Origin: Ignavibacteriota bacterium | GTDB lineage: Bacteria > Bacteroidota > Ignavibacteria > UBA10030 > UBA6906 | Reading direction: 5' to 3' | Length of the DNA stretch: 64,000 nucleotides | NCBI GenBank assembly: GCA_963801355.1 | Contig: CAWDEM010000004.1 | Span: 960,001 to 1,024,000 of the forward strand | Part shown: piece by piece, positions 49,831-59,880 of the stretch | Layout of the letters: every line of letters begins with the position of its first letter | Numbering within the stretch: the stretch's first letter is position 1 | Made by a program: the position numbers and the translations under genes | The notes under the pieces: generated by a model | The model's database searches: none | What the model was told of the DNA's origin: nothing | The model's input: only the letters and a program-made list of their open reading frames with translations

Positions 49831-51054
49831 ATGCACCTGCTTGCTGAAATCAAAGAGGGGTTGCTGATCTCCCTGCGGGCGATCCGGGCCAATAAATTGC
49901 GCTCGGTGCTGACGACCCTGGGTATCGTCATCGGCATCGTGTCCGTCACGCTGATGGCGACGGCGATCGAAGGGGTGGACCGTGCGTTTGCCCGCAGCGC
50001 TGCGGCGTTCGGAACCAATGTGCTCTACGTTCAACGCTTTCCATGGGTGTCCAATGAAGACTGGGCGTTCTACCGCAACCGGCGACGCCTGGAAGTCAGC
50101 TACGGGCAGAAGATCGAACGGCAGGCGAAATTGAGTGACGCCGTGGCCCCCGTGGTCCGCACCCGCAGACGGACGACCTACGGAAACCTGAGCATGGAAG
50201 ATGCGTTTGTGACCGGCACGACGCAAGCGTACATGATGGCTGCCGGTGTCACACTGGAAGACGGTCGGTTCTTCACTGTGGAAGAATCCAACGGCGGGCG
50301 CCCGGTCTGTGCGATCGGTGCGAATGTTGCGGAGACACTCTTTCCGCGTGAAGATCCCCTCGGCAAGGTGGTGCGCGTTGCCGGTCATCCCTATACCGTG
50401 ATCGGTGTTCTCGAGAAACAGGGCGGACTCTTCGGCACCTTCACATCCGACAACCTCGTGATCATCCCGCTCTTCTCGTTTCAAAGCCACTTCGGCAGCC
50501 GCCGCGATGCCACGATTCAGGTCAATGTTGCAGACGTGGCGAAGATGGAAGATGCCAAGATCGAACTGGAAGGCATCATGCGCAAGATCCGCCGGATCGC
50601 GCCCGGGAAGGAAAACGACTTCAACATCAACCAGCAGGAATTGCTGACCCAGACGTTCGCCCCCATCAGCCTGATCATCGCTTCTATCGGGCTCTTCATC
50701 ACCGGCCTCTCTTTGTTCGTCGGGGGGATCGGCATCATGAACATCATGTTCGTCTCCGTCTCGGAGCGCACCAAAGAAATCGGGATACGGAAAGCGATTG
50801 GGGCCCGCCGCCGCACCATCCTCATGCAATTTCTCATCGAGGCCGCAGCCCTTTGCCTGATCGGGGGCGTGATCGGCCTGGCAATCGCATTCCCGTTGAG
50901 TCTTGTCGTCGATCAGGTCCTTCCCACGGCGATGCCCCTATCGGTCGTGGCGATCGCCATCATCATCTCCCTTGTGGTCGGACTCGTGTCAGGGTTCCTG
51001 CCGGCGTACCGGGCCGCCAAAATGGATCCGGTGGAGGCACTGCGGTATGAGTAG
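49831..51054 (+). CDS. MacB-type ABC permease
   Basis: RSVLTTLGIVIG, GIMNIMFVSVSERTKEIG, DPVEALRYE. Confidence 0.94.
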   Translation: MHLLAEIKEGLLISLRAIRANKLRSVLTTLGIVIGIVSVTLMATAIEGVDRAFARSAAAFGTNVLYVQRFPWVSNEDWAFYRNRRRLEVSYGQKIERQAKLSDAVAPVVRTRRRTTYGNLSMEDAFVTGTTQAYMMAAGVTLEDGRFFTVEESNGGRPVCAIGANVAETLFPREDPLGKVVRVAGHPYTVIGVLEKQGGLFGTFTSDNLVIIPLFSFQSHFGSRRDATIQVNVADVAKMEDAKIELEGIMRKIRRIAPGKENDFNINQQELLTQTFAPISLIIASIGLFITGLSLFVGGIGIMNIMFVSVSERTKEIGIRKAIGARRRTILMQFLIEAAALCLIGGVIGLAIAFPLSLVVDQVLPTAMPLSVVAIAIIISLVVGLVSGFLPAYRAAKMDPVEALRYE

Positions 51055-52303
51055 AATAATGCTCCAAATCGCCGACCTCGGTGAAGCACTGCGTATGGCG
51101 CTGAGTGCGATTCGCACTTCCAAGCTCCGTTCACTCCTCACCCTCCTCGGCATCGCCGTGGGAGTCTTCTCTATCATATCCGTGATGACGGCTGTCGGCG
51201 TGTTGAAGAACAGCATTGAAGAGGGAATGACACAGCTCGGGGCAAACACGTTCCAGATTCAGAAATACCCGGCATTTCAGACGGGTCCGCATGACCACCG
51301 CAGGTTCCACAACAGGAAGGATATCACGTACGAGCAGGGACTGGAAGTACGCGAGAAAGCGACTCTTGCTGCGGCCGTGGGACTTGAGGTGTGGGAAAAC
51401 GGTAAGACCATGGTCTGGCGCGGAGCAAAGACAAATCCCAATGTCACCCTCCAGGGCGAAAACGTCGATGGCATTACGACCAACGATTGGATTGTGGAGA
51501 GTGGCCGGCCGCTCTCGAATACCGATATGGAATTGGCCCGTCCGGTGATCATACTCGGGCGCGCGGTTGTCGACAAACTCTTCCCCCCCAGTATTAATCC
51601 CATCGGGGAAACGGTCAGGATCGACGGCAATGTGTACCAGGTGATCGGCGTCTTTGCCAAAAAGGGAAGTGCGCTGGGCGGTAATCAGGACAGTTTTGGG
51701 GCGATTCCGATTAGCACGTACATGGACAACTACGGAAGGCACCGCCGGAGCGTCAACATCATGGTCAAGGCTCTCAACAACGAAGTGCTGGATGAGGCGA
51801 TCGAGCAGGCCCGCTCGATCCTCCGGACTGCGCGGAAAGTGGCACCGGGCGACGAGGACGATTTTGCGTGGTTCTCCAACGATTCCCTCATCAAGCAGTT
51901 CAACGACTTCACCCTGTACCTGCGGATGGGCGTGCTCCTGGTGAGCTCGATTGCCCTGCTTGCTGCGGGTGTGGGCATCATGAACATCATGCTGGTCTCG
52001 GTGACGGAGCGGACGCGCGAGATCGGGATCCGGAAAGCCATCGGCGCGCAGCGGAGCGACATTCTCCAGCAATTTATTATTGAAGCCGTCCTCCTGTCAG
52101 AACTCGGCGGACTCATCGGGATCGTGTTCGGCATTCTCGGCGGCAATGTCGTAGGATTGCTTCTGGAAGTGCCGGCAATCATTCCATGGGACTGGGCGAT
52201 GATCGGACTCGTGAGCTGTTCCGTCGTTGGACTCGTGTTTGGCGTCTATCCTGCATGGAAGGCGGCGATGCTCGATCCGATCGAGGCGCTTCGCTATGAA
52301 TAG
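51047..52303 (+). CDS. MacB-type ABC permease (second paralog); start could be 51059
   Basis: RSLLTLLGIAVG, GIMNIMLVSVTERTREIG, DPIEALRYE. Confidence 0.93.
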   Translation: MSRIMLQIADLGEALRMALSAIRTSKLRSLLTLLGIAVGVFSIISVMTAVGVLKNSIEEGMTQLGANTFQIQKYPAFQTGPHDHRRFHNRKDITYEQGLEVREKATLAAAVGLEVWENGKTMVWRGAKTNPNVTLQGENVDGITTNDWIVESGRPLSNTDMELARPVIILGRAVVDKLFPPSINPIGETVRIDGNVYQVIGVFAKKGSALGGNQDSFGAIPISTYMDNYGRHRRSVNIMVKALNNEVLDEAIEQARSILRTARKVAPGDEDDFAWFSNDSLIKQFNDFTLYLRMGVLLVSSIALLAAGVGIMNIMLVSVTERTREIGIRKAIGAQRSDILQQFIIEAVLLSELGGLIGIVFGILGGNVVGLLLEVPAIIPWDWAMIGLVSCSVVGLVFGVYPAWKAAMLDPIEALRYE

Positions 52304-52306
52304 TTG

Positions 52307-53845
52307 ATGAGATTCCCTCTCCCCGTCCTGGTTTTCCTGTCGCTGTTCGCGGGCGGCACTGTCGGTCCTCAGTTGCAGGCGCAACAGAAGATCGACAGTC
52401 CCGTTTTTAAACGGCCATCCCTCCCGCAGCCCCCGCTCCTGCGTACGTCCGATGTCCTTGACGACATCTGGCAGTCATTCCAGGTCTCACGAAAAGCGAA
52501 TGCCGGCGATCCGATTGCCCAGCATGAATTGGGGGTGCGATACATGATGGGCAAAGGGATCGAGGCGGACTCGGGCAAGGCCGCATATTGGTTCGGCAAA
52601 GCTGCGGCGCAAAACATGCTTTCCTCGCGGTTCAATCTCGGCATTCTTTCCTTCAATGGTTGGGGTGTGAACTGGAACCCCTTCGAGGCGTTCCGGGCTT
52701 TCCGCATCGCGGCGGAGGGTGACATGCCGGAAGCCGAATACATCCTGGGGCTGTTCTACGCGGAAAATATGGTTGTGCCCATCGACTTCGACAAAGCCCT
52801 GTACTGGGTGCGCAAGGCCGCTGCCTCCGGTTCACGTGCGGCCAGGGAAAGTCTTCCGGAGCTCGAGCGCTCGGCCAGTCGCTTCGCCGCGCGTCGTGCC
52901 GCAGATGCCGAGACCATGCATCAGGTTCCCGTTCTCCCTGTCGGGATCGTCGACACGTCAACGGTGCCCGGGGAAGGAATGATGTTGCACGCCGCTCTGC
53001 TGGGCTCCGATCCGGATATGCGTCGCGCGCTCGGGTTGTCGAAGATGCTTGACACCGACCTGCAGGTCGATTCCATGGGTGTGCACGCACTCCGCCGGGC
53101 TGCTGATGTGGGAAGCCCGGAAGCACTGGCCCTCGTGGGGAAGTGTGCCGAGCAGGGCCTGGGAGTCCCCCGTGACGACATCACCGCTATTGCCGCATAC
53201 GTGCGCGCTGCACGGATGGGGTCTCCCCGCGCCGGAGAACTCCTGAACGCCATTCTGGCCAAGCCCGGCGTTGTGCAGGCGTTGAAGACCCGTGCGCGCC
53301 GCGACGAGCCGGAAGCCATGTGCGCCTGGAGCGCGCTACATGCGTTGGGATTCACAGGAGCCCTGTCTCAGGCACAAGCTCTTCTCACGCCGGCACAGGC
53401 CGTGCAGCTGCTCAAGAAGGCTGCCGACCGGGACCATGTCCCCGCGCTCATCGAGCTGGGACTCTGGTATTTCACCGGGCGGTGGGTCGGCATGGATGCC
53501 GCACATGCCCAAGAACTCTGGGAGAAGGCAGCAGCACTGGGAAGCAGGGAAGCGGAGCTGAGGCTTGCCGCGATACGCCTGCGCGCGGAGCAGGATTCCG
53601 CCGGGGTCGCCCGGGATCTGGCCACGGTGCTCCGGGGGATGGAAGACGGCAGCGTCCTTGCGGAAGTGGCGCTCGGATATTGTTACGAATCCGGACGCGG
53701 CATGTCCCCCCGCATCGCCGAAGCCGTCCGGCTCTATCGAGTCGCCGCGCGCCGCGGCAGTCTTGATGCCTACCGGGCGCTCCGGCGCCTGCACGACGAG
53801 CGCCGACCGCAGGACGTGGAATTTGTCATTCGTGAGGAGGAGTGA
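52307..53845 (+). CDS. Sel1-repeat exported protein
   Basis: Signal peptide; repeated A...LG..Y..G.G...D...A..W...AA. Confidence 0.88.
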   Translation: MRFPLPVLVFLSLFAGGTVGPQLQAQQKIDSPVFKRPSLPQPPLLRTSDVLDDIWQSFQVSRKANAGDPIAQHELGVRYMMGKGIEADSGKAAYWFGKAAAQNMLSSRFNLGILSFNGWGVNWNPFEAFRAFRIAAEGDMPEAEYILGLFYAENMVVPIDFDKALYWVRKAAASGSRAARESLPELERSASRFAARRAADAETMHQVPVLPVGIVDTSTVPGEGMMLHAALLGSDPDMRRALGLSKMLDTDLQVDSMGVHALRRAADVGSPEALALVGKCAEQGLGVPRDDITAIAAYVRAARMGSPRAGELLNAILAKPGVVQALKTRARRDEPEAMCAWSALHALGFTGALSQAQALLTPAQAVQLLKKAADRDHVPALIELGLWYFTGRWVGMDAAHAQELWEKAAALGSREAELRLAAIRLRAEQDSAGVARDLATVLRGMEDGSVLAEVALGYCYESGRGMSPRIAEAVRLYRVAARRGSLDAYRALRRLHDERRPQDVEFVIREEE

Positions 53846-55445
53846 CCGTCGCCGGTCCAGGTCCGTCCAGAACCTTCCTGATAGTCTCCAGCATGTCGGC
53901 CACAGTGTAGGGTTTGAAGACCACCCCCTGCGCGCCAAGACCGAGCAACTCCTCCGATCGTTCCTTCCGCACGTAGCCGGTGCTGAACACCACCTTCAGC
54001 CCTGGATCCCGCTGCCGCAACGAGATGAGAACCTCATCGCCGGCCAGTTTGGGCAACCCGAGGTCCAGTAGCACAAGGTCAATGGTCTCACGGTGTTCAT
54101 CGTACACGCGGAGTGCTTCCTCGCCGTCATTCGCAAAGAGGACGGAATACCCCGTCCGTGTCAACACCTCCCTCACGAGCGTTCTGAGCATCTCTTCATC
54201 TTCCACGACAAGAATTGTCTCGGGACCGCCTTGAGGTGATGCACTGACGGAGGTATCCGCTGCAACAGAACCCGCCTCGGGATTTTCTGCGGGAAAGAAG
54301 AGGGAGATCGACGTCCCCTCGCCGGGCTTGCTGTTCACATCGATGAAGCCTTTGTGGCTGGTGACAATGCCATACACAACGGACAGCCCGAGACCCGTGA
54401 AGGTGGCGCGGTCCCGGGTGGTGAAGAACGGTTCAAAGATGTGCCGCCGGGTCTCATCGTCCATGCCCTCGCCCGTATCCTCAATCGTGATCTTCACGTA
54501 CGGAATATCCTGGAGGTTAGGGAACCGCCCCCGCAGAGATGCGCTGTTGACCGTCTGGGTCGCAATGGTGATCGTTCCGCCCTGGGGCATTGCATCGCGC
54601 GCATTCAAGAGCACGTTCAGCAACGCTTGATGCAGCTGGTTCTGCTCGGCGGACACCCTCGGCCGGAAGGGATCCAGACGCTGGACAAACGTGATCGTCT
54701 TCGGAAAGACTTCAATGACCATGCTCATGAGGTCCTCCAGCATGGTATTCACATCCACGGTCGCATACTGGAGATTGGATTTCGTGGTGACGCCAATGAG
54801 CTGCTGGATGAGCCCCGCACCGCGCCTGACGGCCTGGTTGATGGCGTGGACGCTCTGCATCACTTTTGCAGGATCATCCGGACACCGCTCAAGCCGTGAT
54901 GCGTAGCCCATCACGATGGCGAGGATGTTGTTCAGATTATGGGCCAGGCCCACCACGAGCGTACCGATCGACTCCATCTTTTGTGATTGCAACAGCTGCG
55001 CCTCGAGCCCGCGTCGTTCCTGGTCCATCGATCCCTTGTACAACGCCATCTCAATCGTGGTTCTCAGCTCGCTGTCTTCAAACGGCTTGAGAAGGTATCC
55101 AAAGGGTTCGGTGACCTTTGCGCGCTCCACGGTGGACTGGTCGGCATAGGCTGACAGATAGATGATCGGGATGTTATGGTTTCTCCGGATCGTATCGGCC
55201 GCCTGGATGCCGTCCATCGTTCCTTCCAGCCTGATATCCATCAAGACGAGATCCGGATGATGTTCGTCCGCCGCGCGGATTGCGTCATCTCCCGTCGACA
55301 CAATTGCGGCGACGCGGTACCCCATCCTCCGCAGGCGGGAGCGCAGATCTCCTGCGACGATCCGTTCATCTTCAACGATCAGGACCTGCACCGGTTGCGT
55401 GAGACCAGGCGAGGTGCCGGCCGATGGGGCCTGTGGTGGTGTCAT
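53826..55445 (-). CDS. Cytoplasmic hybrid kinase REC-HisKA-HATPase-REC
   Basis: LMDIRLEG, SQKMESIG..AHNLNN, FEPFFTT, GLGLS, C-terminal REC. Confidence 0.92.
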   Translation of the reverse strand: MTPPQAPSAGTSPGLTQPVQVLIVEDERIVAGDLRSRLRRMGYRVAAIVSTGDDAIRAADEHHPDLVLMDIRLEGTMDGIQAADTIRRNHNIPIIYLSAYADQSTVERAKVTEPFGYLLKPFEDSELRTTIEMALYKGSMDQERRGLEAQLLQSQKMESIGTLVVGLAHNLNNILAIVMGYASRLERCPDDPAKVMQSVHAINQAVRRGAGLIQQLIGVTTKSNLQYATVDVNTMLEDLMSMVIEVFPKTITFVQRLDPFRPRVSAEQNQLHQALLNVLLNARDAMPQGGTITIATQTVNSASLRGRFPNLQDIPYVKITIEDTGEGMDDETRRHIFEPFFTTRDRATFTGLGLSVVYGIVTSHKGFIDVNSKPGEGTSISLFFPAENPEAGSVAADTSVSASPQGGPETILVVEDEEMLRTLVREVLTRTGYSVLFANDGEEALRVYDEHRETIDLVLLDLGLPKLAGDEVLISLRQRDPGLKVVFSTGYVRKERSEELLGLGAQGVVFKPYTVADMLETIRKVLDGPGPATVTPPHE

Positions 55446-57157
55446 GCTTTCATCCGCCGGCCTTTTTCTTCGAAGGTGAAGAGCCATCCGCATATCTTGC
55501 CGGGATCGATTTCGGTGAGATTCTTCCAGTACTCCCGGTTATACATCGTGCGCGAACTGGTTTCGTCGTCCGGCAGGCTCTCCACATGTCTGATCATCTG
55601 GCTGAACCGCTCGCGCCACAGTTTCATGTTCTTGACGCGCAGATCCACCCACCCGTCATGGGCCCACTGGTCGATGCGTTTCGCCGTGAGAGGGATTTCC
55701 TGTTCGCCCCGCGGAGGGGGGATCTTGATCGTCGAACCCCGTACCAGTGACACGCCATCGGGAAGGAGAATGGGGATGCCGATGGAAATAATCTGCGCAC
55801 GGAGTTGATCGTCGGCCTGGATCAGGTCAAGCAGGCGTTTGCTGAGGATACCGGCATCGGTCCGGGCGACCGTCCGGACATCCCCGAAACACACTTTGAG
55901 AAGGTAGGCCTCGTACAGTAATTTGGAGAGACGCGGCGGACCGAGTATTTCGAATGCCACCGAATCGACGCCGTGTTGTTGTTCAAGTTTCTTCATGGCG
56001 GCCAGCGCGCTGTTGAACATGTACCCGGCGCGGTAGGTCGGCGACAGCGTCGCGTTGTCCAGTGCGTTGATGATGTCGTGTCCCGTGTTGCCCGCTCTGA
56101 TTTCGAACACCGCATTCTCGGCGATTTCCTCGGGTGTTACGAATTCCATCTGGCCGGGCGTGGAGATCGCCTCGAATTCCCCGCGGGAGAACGATCCGTT
56201 CTCGCCCGTGTCAATGAACACCGAACGCAAGGTGTCGCCGCGCGGCCGCGCAACGTTGGGCACGGTCAGTGTGAGCGCCTTCTTCAGCTTCACCGCACTC
56301 GAGATCGGGCAATCCTCAAGGGGGATCGGCTTGCCGCGCCGCTTGATCTCACCGTAGCCGATGCCCTTCCACGCGATCGCTGCCGTGGGCTTGATCTCTT
56401 TCGTGATCGGTGCGTCGGGCGTACGGCCCATTAGGAAGAGTAACAGCGTGTGGGCGCCGGCAATCGCCGACTTCGAAAGCAGGACCCTCGATGGCCTTTC
56501 CTCACTGTGCGTGTAGGGGATATTCAGTCCCATCCCCCCCGTACCACTTGTCCCGATCTTCACATAGATCTTCGCCCCCGCCAGCTGCATGGACCGGTAC
56601 ATCAGCTGCACATGACGGATCAATTGCGGCACATAGAGCGTGCAGAGGAGCTTTTCCGTCGCATCCACCAGATGCTCCGGCGGCACACCGCGTGTACCAC
56701 GTACATCCTTGAGGGCTTTCACAACCCGCCGCGACGTCTGGTAGATGTCCTGATACGCGATCCCCGTCGCTGAATTGACACAGTCCACTACAATGTCCGG
56801 TTTGTATCGCTGCATCAGGCGATACAGTGTGGACCGCTGCAGCACCGGCCCCGACAGCTCCTCGAGGATGTCTTCCATGATCATCGTGCGGTATCGATGA
56901 CTCGCGAGGATCTTCTCCCGGGGCATGTCTTTGAGTTCTTCACGGACAAAGATGTTCCCCCACCAGGGAACGAACATCCTCGGATTGACGTCGGGATAGG
57001 ATTTGCGGAGCGCGGCAACCGCCTCATGGGCTTCACGCTCTGTAAGGGAAGTGACTACCAGACGACGGGGGTGCTCTTCCATGAACTTACGGCAGACGGC
57101 GGAACCGACGAGCCCCCAACCACCGATGACCAGCACGCATTTGCCCTTGATGTCCAT
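55442..57157 (-). CDS. Large NAD(P)-binding Rossmann-fold protein of unknown function
   Basis: N-terminal VLVIGGWGLVGSA; second Gly-rich motif GTSGTGGMG. Confidence 0.7.
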   Translation of the reverse strand: MDIKGKCVLVIGGWGLVGSAVCRKFMEEHPRRLVVTSLTEREAHEAVAALRKSYPDVNPRMFVPWWGNIFVREELKDMPREKILASHRYRTMIMEDILEELSGPVLQRSTLYRLMQRYKPDIVVDCVNSATGIAYQDIYQTSRRVVKALKDVRGTRGVPPEHLVDATEKLLCTLYVPQLIRHVQLMYRSMQLAGAKIYVKIGTSGTGGMGLNIPYTHSEERPSRVLLSKSAIAGAHTLLLFLMGRTPDAPITKEIKPTAAIAWKGIGYGEIKRRGKPIPLEDCPISSAVKLKKALTLTVPNVARPRGDTLRSVFIDTGENGSFSRGEFEAISTPGQMEFVTPEEIAENAVFEIRAGNTGHDIINALDNATLSPTYRAGYMFNSALAAMKKLEQQHGVDSVAFEILGPPRLSKLLYEAYLLKVCFGDVRTVARTDAGILSKRLLDLIQADDQLRAQIISIGIPILLPDGVSLVRGSTIKIPPPRGEQEIPLTAKRIDQWAHDGWVDLRVKNMKLWRERFSQMIRHVESLPDDETSSRTMYNREYWKNLTEIDPGKICGWLFTFEEKGRRMKA

Positions 57158-57192
57158 ACAGGTTCCCGGAATGGAAGGTGTTGTTCAGGATG

Positions 57193-58185
57193 TCAGCGCC
57201 GGGAGTTCAATATGACGCCATACGTGCGTTCGGCCCAGCCCAGTTTCAGCCAGACAGAATGGGCATCCCGGGGTTCAAACCAGATCCGGAACGGATCCAC
57301 CTGGCTGTCCTGTTTCTGCAGCTTCATGGGAATTCTGGCCAGATCGAGCGCCGGGTCATAGTTGGGCGGTGTGCCTCCCGGTCGTTTGCTGACAATCAGC
57401 GTGAAGATGCCTTCTGAGGGGAGCGAATACAGCGTGTAGGCACCTTTGGGAATCCTTGCGCCACCTGCCCGAAGATCCACTTCTGTTTCGAACGAAGTCG
57501 CCAGGTTCGCACCGGTCCGCCAGACCGAATCCCACGGTACGACAACTCCCCAGATGCTTCTCCCGCGGGCGTAGGGTTTGCTGTACTTGACACGCAGACG
57601 TTTGTTGTCGAGCGTTATCGAAGAAGAATCTGCCGGGCTGATCGGACGGATCTTCGTATTCTTTTCAAAGGGGACCGCGATCAGGGTGTTTTCCCACATC
57701 AGCATAAAGAGGCCTGATGTCTTCCCCGTGGGTTCGAGAGCGACCGTCAATGTCTCAACCGGCGAAGGAGGACTCTTCGGCATGGCGTCCAACCTCGCGA
57801 GATCCAGCCGCTCATCGTAGTTGGTTCCCCATTGACCGGTCTGTTTGTTCAGAATGATCTTCCAGCCTGACTGTGACGGAAGCGTCCAGAGGGTGTACAA
57901 GCCACGTGGTACGGGCACGCCGCCGAAGGTCATATCGAAATTCGTCCTCAGGTGAGTGGCCTGGTTTGCTCCGGTCCGCCAGACTTTGTTCCATGGAACG
58001 AGGTCTCCCATGATCTTCCGTCCCCGCATCGAAGGGCGGCCGTAGTTCACGGAGATGACATTGGTGTCCAGGGTCAGGAACACGGAATCCCGAGGACTCA
58101 GTATCTTGCGTTCCTGGGCGGGCAGTTCGCTGAAGAGAATGGCGGGGATCAGGAACAGGACTGCTGCACAAAGCACAGTACGCAT
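57193..58185 (-). CDS. Exported protein with two DUF2911-like domains
   Basis: Y..P..RGR.I.G..VPW..VWRTGAN.AT occurs twice. Confidence 0.85.
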   Translation of the reverse strand: MRTVLCAAVLFLIPAILFSELPAQERKILSPRDSVFLTLDTNVISVNYGRPSMRGRKIMGDLVPWNKVWRTGANQATHLRTNFDMTFGGVPVPRGLYTLWTLPSQSGWKIILNKQTGQWGTNYDERLDLARLDAMPKSPPSPVETLTVALEPTGKTSGLFMLMWENTLIAVPFEKNTKIRPISPADSSSITLDNKRLRVKYSKPYARGRSIWGVVVPWDSVWRTGANLATSFETEVDLRAGGARIPKGAYTLYSLPSEGIFTLIVSKRPGGTPPNYDPALDLARIPMKLQKQDSQVDPFRIWFEPRDAHSVWLKLGWAERTYGVILNSRR

Positions 58186-58202
58186 ACAAACTCCTTTCGG
58201 TC

Positions 58203-58532
58203 TCAGATTCTTTCTACGACAACCGCTGTCCCGTATGCGAGGACCTCGGTGACGCCGGCCATCACGTCGTTGGCATCGTAGCGCATCCCGACGACAGCGT
58301 TGGCACCGAGAGCCTCGGCATGCTGCACCATGGAGCTGAACGCCTCCTGCCTGGTCTTCTCACAGAGCTCCTGGAGGAGGGAAATATTACCGCCGAATAT
58401 CGTCTGAATGCCCGCACCCACAGTGCCCAGGATGGAACGGGAGCGGACGGTGATCCCCCGGACGATGCCGAGGTTCCGCACAGTCCGGTAGCCGTCAAGA
58501 GTAAACGCCGTCGTCACGAAGGAATGTTCCAT
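58203..58532 (-). CDS. YbjQ (UPF0145) family protein
   Basis: [26 protein letters not shown]. Confidence 0.92.
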   Translation of the reverse strand: MEHSFVTTAFTLDGYRTVRNLGIVRGITVRSRSILGTVGAGIQTIFGGNISLLQELCEKTRQEAFSSMVQHAEALGANAVVGMRYDANDVMAGVTEVLAYGTAVVVERI

Positions 58533-58537
58533 CGAGT

Positions 58538-59548
58538 TCACTTGAACTTGATCGATTGGATGACCTTGTCGTACGTGGCAAGGTATTGCTGACGCTGGGG
58601 TTTGTACCAGTCCATGGTCACACGATAGACCTTGTCATCCTTTACCGCGAAATAGAACCGGCGCTCCACTTCTCTCGTCGGTGCATACGTCAGGGTGACC
58701 GCAGGGAGTCCGCCGACCGTCGCCTTGCCCGAGGCAGCGCCCGGATATTTGCCTTTGTTTTGAGCGACGACTTTGTCGACTGTCAGACCCTTGGCGCCGA
58801 ACACGTGGAAGAGAATGGAACAATCCTGGCGAACGCCCCGGAGACCCAGCGCCATGTCGTTGGTTCCTTTCGAGACGTCGACGAAGTTGAAGTTCTCCGG
58901 ATACTGGAATGAGAAGAGCTTTGTGTCATAGTTCGTGAAATTCTCGGAAGGCAGAGTCTCATCACGCCCCTTCTCCACCGGCTTCGCGAATTCAAAGCTT
59001 TTGGTGATTGCGTCGAAGATGAGGCTGTGAGCGGCATACTGATCACCGAAGCCCGCAAGAGTGATATCAAAGAGGAGAGTGTCGAGTGGAACGTAGATGT
59101 GCACCCCTTGTTCCTTCACCTGTTTACTCCAGCTGGCGGTGTACCCGACGGTCGCCGCCGGCTTGCCGCCCATGGTCGAGGCGACTTCCTGTGCGAGCAC
59201 CCGCCCGGAAGCCTTCATCTCTGAGATCAGCGTGGCCTTTTGCTGATCCGGCGCAGGTGTCTTGGTAACGTCCACGGCGATAATCACGCCATCGGCGTAA
59301 GCACCCGTGGGGTCAACGAAGCGCTGCACTGTCTCGTCAGAACTGTAGATCCGCGTCTTGCCAGCTTCGCTTTGATTTGTCCACCCCAACGGAAAACGCA
59401 GGCGGAACCCGTACTGCGGATCGCGGTACTCCTGCATCTCTCCGACGGCGATCGGAGTAACCGTCTTTTGTCCACCGCAACCGGCGATGAGCAGGCCGAC
59501 CAGCGCGACACAGGCGGTCATGCCAAGAATTCTGGCAGCACTCTTCAT
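58538..59548 (-). CDS. Lipoprotein with two PsbP-like domains
   Basis: Lipobox IAGC; repeated F...(F/Y)P..(W/F) ... GG.PA ... I..S..F units. Confidence 0.7.
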   Translation of the reverse strand: MKSAARILGMTACVALVGLLIAGCGGQKTVTPIAVGEMQEYRDPQYGFRLRFPLGWTNQSEAGKTRIYSSDETVQRFVDPTGAYADGVIIAVDVTKTPAPDQQKATLISEMKASGRVLAQEVASTMGGKPAATVGYTASWSKQVKEQGVHIYVPLDTLLFDITLAGFGDQYAAHSLIFDAITKSFEFAKPVEKGRDETLPSENFTNYDTKLFSFQYPENFNFVDVSKGTNDMALGLRGVRQDCSILFHVFGAKGLTVDKVVAQNKGKYPGAASGKATVGGLPAVTLTYAPTREVERRFYFAVKDDKVYRVTMDWYKPQRQQYLATYDKVIQSIKFK

Positions 59549-59643
59549 GACAGTTCCTCTGGATAATGAATGTTGGTGAAGCTCGTCACGGAATAGACGG
59601 AAGATAGGCAAAACAGATGACTTCCTCAACAGGATTGTGAAAG

Positions 59644-59709
59644 TATCGAATCGGTTGTAGCGAATGGGTTTATCGAATGGGGGTATCGAATCGGCTGGTA
59701 TCCAACTGG
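59644..59709. repeat. Five short direct repeats TA(T/G)CGAAT(C/G)GG
   Basis: Copies at 59644, 59658, 59671, 59684 and a degenerate one at 59699. Confidence 0.75.
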
Positions 59710-59759
59710 AGGAGCGGGGGATGACGACCGGTTAATCAGAAATGAAAGGGCAGAAGGCA

Positions 59760-59783
59760 CAAGCCCGCCATCCGGCGGGCTTG
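59760..59783 (-). terminator. Hairpin downstream of the ECF operon
   Basis: CAAGCCCGCC-ATCC-GGCGGGCTTG. Confidence 0.65.
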
Positions 59784-59880
59784 AGGAGGAATGGGGGATT
59801 GAGGAGCTCCAGCACGGGCCTGCTTCACTCCCTCAATCCCTGACCCATTCCCCGTGAATCGTGATGCTTCAGCACCCCGC

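Noticed and set aside
49111-50829. Long antisense ORFs (also 26744-28828, 34266-36024, 41975-43162 and others)
   Set aside because: Shadow frames of high-GC genes with no recognisable motifs
46473-53845. TolC-MacA-ABC exporter with two permeases as a novel system
   Set aside because: Common MacAB-TolC-type architecture with canonical motifs
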